Assembly (NCBI GenBank): GCA_965223325.1
Contig: CBDCWI010000001.1
Coordinates: 832,001 to 896,000 of the forward strand
DNA from: Candidatus Multivoradales bacterium
Lineage (GTDB): Bacteria; Acidobacteriota; Thermoanaerobaculia; Multivoradales; Multivoraceae
DNA: 64,000 nucleotides
Direction: 5' to 3'
The translations under genes and the position numbers were made by a program. Each line of letters opens with the position of its first letter. The first letter of the stretch is position 1. This document shows positions 57,397 through 64,000 of this stretch, one piece after another. Under the pieces are notes generated by a model. The model was not told where the DNA came from. It saw nothing but the letters and a program-made list of their open reading frames with translations, and searched no databases.

Positions 57397-60366
57397 TCAG
57401 TCCCAGAAGCCGAGGTCACCGCTCTCGAAGTCGTCGGCGAAGAGAGTTTCTCCAACCCGGAAACGGCGATCCACCCGGGTGATGTTGCCCTGGTTGTCAC
57501 GGACTTCGACGAGCACGTGCGACTCGCCCAGGGACCTCGGCTGGTCGAGGGAGATCTCCCAAACCCCGCCGGCTCCGGCAACCGCCAGATCCGCCAGCTC
57601 GGCGAAAGCACGGCGACCGCGCACCGGGAAGCTCGCCCGCACCGACAGTGCCCCCAGGTCGAGGCCCGAGTTGGCGTCGGCCAGGCCGAAGCGGATGGAC
57701 TCGATCGGGTCGTTGTTACGGTTCGGACGGGGCTGGGAGATGTGGACCGTCGGCCGCAGATCATCGAGCAACCAACCGAACGCTTCGTTCGGAGTGCCGA
57801 AAGCGGTGTCGATGGGCGCTCCGAGGTCGATCCAGCGCGCCACCAGACGCCGCTCGTCGCGCGATAGCGCCGGAACGGCACTCCCAGGCGGCGGCATGCG
57901 GGTGCCGACAAAGTCGAGATCGGCGTCGTTGGGGTCCGTACCCGGAGGCAGCGTTGTCGCGTCTCCAGCAGCCGATTCGGTGGGATGATCCTCATTCGAC
58001 CAGCCGTCGAGGCGTTCGCCAAAGATCTTCCACACAAACAAACTGCGACGACTCTGAAACTTGCGGATGTAGCGACTGGCGTTGGTCTGCCGCCAGGTGC
58101 GGTTGGCAATCACCGGCGGATAGCCGTTGGTGGCCTGTTCGTCGGCAGCCAGCCGGCGGTAGTCACCGGGCAACCCGTCTTCGACCGCTCTGTCGTCGAG
58201 AACCAGATTGCCGGGCGGGTCAGGGTTCGTCTGGGTGTGGCACACGATGCAACTGCGGGTGAGCAGGGGCCGAATATCGCGATAGAACTCGACGTCCCAC
58301 ACGCTTTGGTCGAGCACGTCGAGACTGGGCTCGCCACCTCTGGAACCAACGAGCGGAGTCTGTGTCACGAGGTCGGAAACGTCGAACCCCGGCTGGCCGG
58401 CGGCGGTGGTTTCGAACGCAAGCGGTGTCTGCGAGTGCGCGTGGCAGCCACCGCAGTCGACCCGCACTTCACCCGGTCGCACCTGGTGCCAGGTCTGCGC
58501 CATGTTGAGCACTCGGCCCTCGCGGTCGAGGGTCTGAAAGGTAAAGGGAGTGTCGGCCGGCACCTTGGCCAGGAAGCTGGTGTCGGGATTGCCCTCACTA
58601 TCGAGCACCGGTTGTCCACCGGCGGTGGACTTGCGCACGGGAATCTCACCCAGAATGCGCAGGCGCTCGTTGGCGAAGCTCGCGAAGTGTCGACCGTGGT
58701 TCGGTCCGTAGCTGCGGTGGGTGTTGGGTTCCATCGCCACCAGGCGCACCGCCCAGATTTCATCGTCGCCATAGCGGCCGGCGTCAGCTCCCTGGGTGAA
58801 CCAGTTGGGGCTCTGATTGTTCTCGCCGCTGTTGAACGCATCCAGCCCGTCGAAGTTGTCGGCCCAGGCGGGAACGAAGCCAGGAAACGACTCGCGCTTG
58901 TAGAGGCTCGAAGAGCCCACCAGGCCATAGGCGGTGCCAGCCGGCAGCTCCTCGTGCAACGTCCCGTCGTTGGGTAGCCAGGCGAGTTCGGCTGGCTCGT
59001 CGGTGCCATGAATCGCACTCCAGGGCACCACGGCACGCGGCCAGGCCTCGTTGTACTGCGCGCGGTCAACGACCAGCTCGAGCTCATCGGAGCTCCAGAT
59101 CGGCGTCGCCCCGTCGATGAGATAGATGCCGGAGGCATAGCGCGGAGTGGCCACCGGACGATGGAGATCGTTGGCTGGCCCGGGTGTCCAGACCACTAGC
59201 AGGTCTCCGCCCGGAGCCGCCGAGGGGTGGGTGAACTTGCCAACGCGAGTCGAGCCGTCGGCGCCGACCGGCGCTGCCTCGTCGCCACCGTGAGTGAAGG
59301 GGGTGATCGAGTGCAGGCCCCAGGGTGTAAAGGGCATCTTGAAGGGATAGAGGAAACCGCCGCCGACAGTCTGCTCGATGTCGGGGTTCAGGTGATTGAA
59401 CGGCGAACCAAAGCGCGGTGTGCCGTTGGGAATGTCGGTGGGCATCCGGTATAGGGCACCGAAGCCGTTGTTGTTGAGGTTGTAGTAGTCGACGACCACC
59501 AGATCGCCGCCCGACAGCTGGGTCATGAAGTGAAACGCCTGGCGCGCTCGAAACGCCGAGATCAACGGTTGCCAGTTGCGCCCATCGGGCTGGATCGCCC
59601 AGACCCCCCACAGTCGCCGATCGCGTAGGCCCTGGCTCTCGTGCGTCGAGTACATGAGCCGCCCGTCTTGCAGGATGGTTGGATGGAGTGCGCTCGAGAT
59701 CGACATCGGCGCGATCGCCTCGAGGTTCTCGCCGTCTTCGTCCATGACGAAGAGCTGCATGGTCGGCGCGGTAAAGCCCCTCGGCGGATCGAACCCGTTG
59801 CGGTTGCTGGTAAAGGCAAGACGGCCGCCGGGGACCGGCATGGGCCCGAGATTGAGGATGCCGTAGCCCAACCGGTTGTACTCGGAGGAGGGATCGAGCG
59901 GGTTGCTCTCGTCCCAGTTGCCGGCCCCGGTGTTGGGGGTGAACTCGCCGTCGGTCAGTTGAGTGATCTGACGCGTTGCGAGATCGATACGGTAGATGTC
60001 AGCACCCAGATGCGGCAGGTCCTGGCGCTGGCCGTTGAGTGCGGAGTCGCGCAGGTCATGAAAGAGCGCGTAGAAGACAGACTTGCCGTCGAACGACACG
60101 ACCGGATCGGTCACTGAGCCAACGCCGGCGTCGACCAGCACTTCTTCACTGCCGTCGGGATGGCGCAGCACCAGATCAGCCCCGACCTCGGCGCGTGCCG
60201 GGTGAAAGACCTCAGGCCAGAGGGTGTTGATCTCGTCGCCATGACGCGGTTGGCGCACATAAACGATGTCGTAGTCGACGACCTGCGCGGCAAGCGAGGA
60301 GGAGGCAAGGGCCCCGACAAGCATCATCAGAAGAAACAACCAGAGACCACGGCAGGACCGTTTCAT
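57397..60366 (-). CDS. HzsA-related secreted beta-propeller/di-heme c protein
   Basis: Signal peptide, TolB-like repeats (DPVVSFDGK, LAFTSNR), HZS-alpha-like SFLAKVPADTPFTFQTLD..W.QVRPGE..CGGCH, a second motif CIVCH, RWIDLGAP and tail LFADDFESGD. Confidence 0.85.
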   Translation of the reverse strand: MKRSCRGLWLFLLMMLVGALASSSLAAQVVDYDIVYVRQPRHGDEINTLWPEVFHPARAEVGADLVLRHPDGSEEVLVDAGVGSVTDPVVSFDGKSVFYALFHDLRDSALNGQRQDLPHLGADIYRIDLATRQITQLTDGEFTPNTGAGNWDESNPLDPSSEYNRLGYGILNLGPMPVPGGRLAFTSNRNGFDPPRGFTAPTMQLFVMDEDGENLEAIAPMSISSALHPTILQDGRLMYSTHESQGLRDRRLWGVWAIQPDGRNWQPLISAFRARQAFHFMTQLSGGDLVVVDYYNLNNNGFGALYRMPTDIPNGTPRFGSPFNHLNPDIEQTVGGGFLYPFKMPFTPWGLHSITPFTHGGDEAAPVGADGSTRVGKFTHPSAAPGGDLLVVWTPGPANDLHRPVATPRYASGIYLIDGATPIWSSDELELVVDRAQYNEAWPRAVVPWSAIHGTDEPAELAWLPNDGTLHEELPAGTAYGLVGSSSLYKRESFPGFVPAWADNFDGLDAFNSGENNQSPNWFTQGADAGRYGDDEIWAVRLVAMEPNTHRSYGPNHGRHFASFANERLRILGEIPVRKSTAGGQPVLDSEGNPDTSFLAKVPADTPFTFQTLDREGRVLNMAQTWHQVRPGEVRVDCGGCHAHSQTPLAFETTAAGQPGFDVSDLVTQTPLVGSRGGEPSLDVLDQSVWDVEFYRDIRPLLTRSCIVCHTQTNPDPPGNLVLDDRAVEDGLPGDYRRLAADEQATNGYPPVIANRTWRQTNASRYIRKFQSRRSLFVWKIFGERLDGWSNEDHPTESAAGDATTLPPGTDPNDADLDFVGTRMPPPGSAVPALSRDERRLVARWIDLGAPIDTAFGTPNEAFGWLLDDLRPTVHISQPRPNRNNDPIESIRFGLADANSGLDLGALSVRASFPVRGRRAFAELADLAVAGAGGVWEISLDQPRSLGESHVLVEVRDNQGNITRVDRRFRVGETLFADDFESGDLGFWD

Positions 60367-60670
60367 AGAGCACTCCTCGGAACAGAACGAATCATCTATA
60401 CAGAAAATCGAATTTCTCTACTATAGCCCGAAAAGCCCCAGCCTCCAGGCGCGAGACGAGGCGAGCCATCGGCTCGACGGATCCCCCGAGATACCTCGTG
60501 GCGAATGTTGCCAAGTGACCGGAAACGAGAGCCCTGCTTGGTCGACGCTTGCACCTATGCAAGACTTGCGTCATTCATTTGATCCCTTCCCTCCTCATGC
60601 CCCACAACCCAAACGCTCCCTCCTGTCGCCGCGGATCGGTCCGGCCTTGACTCCCCGCCGTCGCCTCTTC

Positions 60671-61579
60671 GTGAAGACCGGGTTCGCGCTGTTACCGCGC
60701 CTGGCGCGCCGCATGCTGCCCGTTCTCGGTGTGATCGCCGTGGCTACGGTGCTCGCTGCGCCGGCCTTTGGGCATGCTGAGGCCCGGGCGCTGATCGTCC
60801 GGCTCGACGCCGAGATCGTCCTGCGTCCTGATGACCCCTGGCTCTATTTGCGACGTGCGGCGCCACGAACTGAAATCGGCGAGCTGGCAGGAGCGCGACG
60901 CGACCTTCGGAGGAGCCGACGGGCGAGTTCTCGGCATCCCGAACGCACGCGAATCCTCTCTGCGATCTTCCTGCAGCGAGCGCGCATCGAGTTGCTCGCC
61001 GGTCGAAGTCGCGCCGCGGTGCGCGCCGCGCGACGCGCAGTCGCCAAGACTCCCGCGAGCTGGCCCGCTCGTGAGGTCCTGGCGCGTGCGCTGGCCGGGC
61101 GTGGTTGCCACCGGGCGGCGGCAGACCAGTGGCAGCAACTCGCAGAGCGACCCACTGCGACGCCCGAGTCGATCCTCGGCCTCGCGGACACGCTCGTCAG
61201 CGGAGAGCAGTTCGACCGCTCACTCAGAGTGCTCGACGCCGCCAGTGCGCGCTATCCCGCGCTGAGCGTGTTTGCCGAACGCGCCATCGCAATCGAACGT
61301 CGCCGTGGCCAGCCTGAGCGCGCGCTCGAACGGTTGGCGGAACTCGCGCGCTCGAACTCTCAGGGGGCGCGCTGGTGGCTCGCGCATGCCGCGCTGGCTC
61401 TCGAAATCGGCCAACCAAAGCGCGCACTCGGCTCGCTCGAGGCAGCACACGAGGTCCTTCGCGAGTTACCGCCGCGCCAGCGGCACACTGCCCGTACCGA
61501 AGAACAGAAGCGCCGACTTTCAGCCTTGACCATCCTCGCGACCGCATCTTCTGAGACCACACCTGAGGAATCGCCATGA
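60671..61579 (+). CDS. Secreted tetratricopeptide-repeat protein
   Basis: Signal peptide ending APAFG-H, followed by Ala/Leu/Arg helical TPR-like repeats. Start is uncertain (60671 GTG or 60713 ATG). Confidence 0.75.
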   Translation: MKTGFALLPRLARRMLPVLGVIAVATVLAAPAFGHAEARALIVRLDAEIVLRPDDPWLYLRRAAPRTEIGELAGARRDLRRSRRASSRHPERTRILSAIFLQRARIELLAGRSRAAVRAARRAVAKTPASWPAREVLARALAGRGCHRAAADQWQQLAERPTATPESILGLADTLVSGEQFDRSLRVLDAASARYPALSVFAERAIAIERRRGQPERALERLAELARSNSQGARWWLAHAALALEIGQPKRALGSLEAAHEVLRELPPRQRHTARTEEQKRRLSALTILATASSETTPEESP

Positions 61580-64000
61580 CCACTGCCCATCGATCGCCTA
61601 CGCCCTCCTTTCAACCAGGTGTTCTGGTTCTCGCCCTCCTGGGGAGCGTGCTGGGGCTGACCACGGGCACGGCTCAGGCTGCTGTCGAAGTGCTGGTGCC
61701 AGCCGGTAGTTCGTGGCGCTATGTCGACGACGGCAACCAGCGCCCGAACTGGCAAGCGGTTGACTTCGACGACTCTTCGTGGGCGGCTGGAGGCGCGCAG
61801 CTCGGCTATGGCGATGGCGACGAGACGACCGTGGTCTCGCACGGCACCAGCTCTCAAGACAAGCACATGGTGACCTGGTTTCGGACCTCCTTCGATCTCG
61901 ATGACCCCGACAACATCATCGCCCTCGAGCTGCGCCTGTTGCGAGACGACGGGGCGGCGGTCTATCTCAACGGCACCGAGATCAGGCGATCCAATCTGCC
62001 CTCGGGAACCTTGACCGCGACGACGCCCGCAGCCGGCACGGTTGGCGGGCACGCTGAGACCCAGTTTGAAACCACGGTGCTGGGAAGTGAGGCGCTGGGC
62101 CTCCTACGGAGTGGCAAGAACGTCATCGCAGTTTCGATACACCAGGTCGTTCGCACCAGCTCCGACATCAGCTTCGACCTCGAATTGCGCGCGACCGTCT
62201 TGCAAACTCAACCACCGACCGGTGACACAACCGTCACTGTCATCGGCAGGGGCGCTAGCTGGCGCTATCTGGACGACGGCATCGAGCGTCTCAACTGGCA
62301 GGCACCGTCGTTTGACGACTCGGGCTGGGCGAGCGGCCCGGCGCAACTCGGCTACGGCGATGGCGACGAAGCGACTGTGGTGTCGTTCGGCAACTCGCAG
62401 AACAAACACGTCGTCACCTGGCTGCGGCATTCTTTCTCGGTCGCAGACTCGGCCGATGTGGTGGCGATTGAGCTCGAGCTCCTGCGTGACGATGCTGCCG
62501 CTATCTATCTGAACGGCACCGAGATCGCACGCTCGAACCTACCCGGTGGAACCCTGACTTCCGGTACCAAGGCGGCATCGACCGTCGCGGGGTCGGCAGA
62601 GCGCGAGTTCAACCGCGCCGCTCTGGTCGCTGGCGCTCACGACCTGCTCACCGACGGCCAGAACGTCCTGGCCGTCTCCGTCCACCAGGCGTCGACCCTG
62701 AGCTCCGATCTCAGCTTCGATCTGAGCCTCGACCTGGTCTACGACGCGGACCCACCGGAGCCACCCACGACCCCAACCGGCGACGTCACCTGGATCCCGC
62801 AAGGGGCGACCTGGCGCTACTGGGACCGAGGCACGCTGCCGGTGGGCTTTGCCTCCCCGTCGTTCGACGACTCCTCGTGGGAGAGCGGCCCGGCGCAACT
62901 CGGCTACGGCGATGGCGATGAGGCAACCCGAATCGACTTTGGCAGTGCCCTGAACCGTCACATCACCACCTGGTTCCGACGCGCGTTCACCGTCGAGGCA
63001 GCAAACGCCGTCACCGACCTCTCGCTGCGCCTCTTGCGCGACGACGGTGCGGCGGTCTATCTCAATGGCACCGAGATCCTACGCTCGAACCTGCCGAGCG
63101 GAGAGCTCGGCGACAGCACCAAGGCGCCTTTGACGATCGCCGGGAGCGACGAAAGAGCGTTCACTCAGCAGGGGCTCACTGCGTCGGTCAAGTCTCTCCT
63201 GGTCGAAGGTCGGAACGTCCTGGCGGTTTCGCTACACCAGGCCTCGACTCTCAGTTCCGATCTCAGCTTCGACCTCGAGCTCGTCGGTACCTACGACGGC
63301 ACCACGCCTCCGGTCTCGCCCTCGCCGGCTGCCGAAGTCACGTTGATTCCCAAAGACTCGGTCTGGCACTACTGGGACCGCGGTTCGGAGCCCGGTGGTT
63401 TCGCCAGTCCCTCGTTTGATGACTCGTCGTGGCCGGCCGGGCCGGGGCCCCTCGGCTATGGCGACGGCGACGAGTCGACCGTCATCTCCTTCGGTCCCGA
63501 CCCTGGCAACAAGTTCGTCACCGCCTGGTTTCGCAAGCAGTTCCAGGTCAGTGACGCGGCGTCGTTCGAACGCCTCGACCTGCGTCCGATCATCGACGAC
63601 GGCGCGGTGTTCTACCTCAACGGTCAGGAAGTCTTCCGCCTCCACATGCCCGACGGAGCGATCCATCCACAGACCCGCGCCACCAACACCGTCGGCGGCG
63701 TCGGCGAGGGACATCGCCACAACCTGTCGCTCGACCCTGCCCTCATCGTCGACGGTGAGAACACACTCGCGGTCGAGGTCCATCAGGCGTCGAGCGCCAG
63801 CTCGGACATGAGCTTCGACGCCGAGCTCCTGGCGTCCACCTCACGAACCCGCGTCACCCGCGGTCCCTACCTGCAGATGCTGGGGGAAGACTCGGTCGTC
63901 GTCCGCTGGCGCACCGACCGCCCCGCCGAATCGCGAGTCTTCGTCGGCCCGCCCGGCGAGGACTTCGACCGCGCCGTTGTAGACAGTTCCAACACCACCG
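61576..64000 (+). CDS. Secreted protein with four tandem beta-sandwich repeats followed by a purple-acid-phosphatase-type FN3 domain (3' truncated by window edge)
   Basis: ATG 61576 overlaps the TPR stop and the frame stays open to the window end, so it is absent from the ORF track. Four copies of W.Y.D.G..FDDS.W..G...LGYGDGDE...WFR..DD.A..YLNG.E, then RGPYLQ..VRWRT. Confidence 0.85.
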   Translation, partial: MTTAHRSPTPSFQPGVLVLALLGSVLGLTTGTAQAAVEVLVPAGSSWRYVDDGNQRPNWQAVDFDDSSWAAGGAQLGYGDGDETTVVSHGTSSQDKHMVTWFRTSFDLDDPDNIIALELRLLRDDGAAVYLNGTEIRRSNLPSGTLTATTPAAGTVGGHAETQFETTVLGSEALGLLRSGKNVIAVSIHQVVRTSSDISFDLELRATVLQTQPPTGDTTVTVIGRGASWRYLDDGIERLNWQAPSFDDSGWASGPAQLGYGDGDEATVVSFGNSQNKHVVTWLRHSFSVADSADVVAIELELLRDDAAAIYLNGTEIARSNLPGGTLTSGTKAASTVAGSAEREFNRAALVAGAHDLLTDGQNVLAVSVHQASTLSSDLSFDLSLDLVYDADPPEPPTTPTGDVTWIPQGATWRYWDRGTLPVGFASPSFDDSSWESGPAQLGYGDGDEATRIDFGSALNRHITTWFRRAFTVEAANAVTDLSLRLLRDDGAAVYLNGTEILRSNLPSGELGDSTKAPLTIAGSDERAFTQQGLTASVKSLLVEGRNVLAVSLHQASTLSSDLSFDLELVGTYDGTTPPVSPSPAAEVTLIPKDSVWHYWDRGSEPGGFASPSFDDSSWPAGPGPLGYGDGDESTVISFGPDPGNKFVTAWFRKQFQVSDAASFERLDLRPIIDDGAVFYLNGQEVFRLHMPDGAIHPQTRATNTVGGVGEGHRHNLSLDPALIVDGENTLAVEVHQASSASSDMSFDAELLASTSRTRVTRGPYLQMLGEDSVVVRWRTDRPAESRVFVGPPGEDFDRAVVDSSNTT

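Noticed and set aside
57397-60366. Evidence for anammox metabolism
   Set aside because: Only a distant HzsA-like protein is present, with no hzsB/hzsC or hydrazine dehydrogenase context.

Overview
GC-rich bacterial genomic window with about 45 densely packed CDS. It is probably from Acidobacteriota, inferred from an ADOP-type duplicated permease and a secreted protein ending in LFADDFESGD. Housekeeping and metabolic genes include dnaE, mog, pyrE, lgt, folE2, galK plus a GH2 galactosidase, ferritin, a YcaQ-type glycosylase, a MatB-like ligase, a MacAB-type ABC system, WS/DGAT, two PlsC-like acyltransferases and a frameshifted LonC-like protease. There are also several large secreted proteins with CxxCH motifs. 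The most notable locus is 24.7-26.7 kb. A stand-alone MerB-like lyase gene has an in-frame TGA at the expected second catalytic Cys, followed by a bacterial SECIS-like hairpin and 74 more conserved-looking codons, so it is a predicted selenoprotein that the ORF track truncates. It lies between two inverted copies of a structured ~160-bp element. One copy carries an expanded G/T heptamer array, and a 4 x ~139-bp G-rich tandem array sits upstream of the gene. No rRNA, tRNA, CRISPR array, transposase or integrase was seen. All family assignments come from motif recognition by eye, not from database searches.
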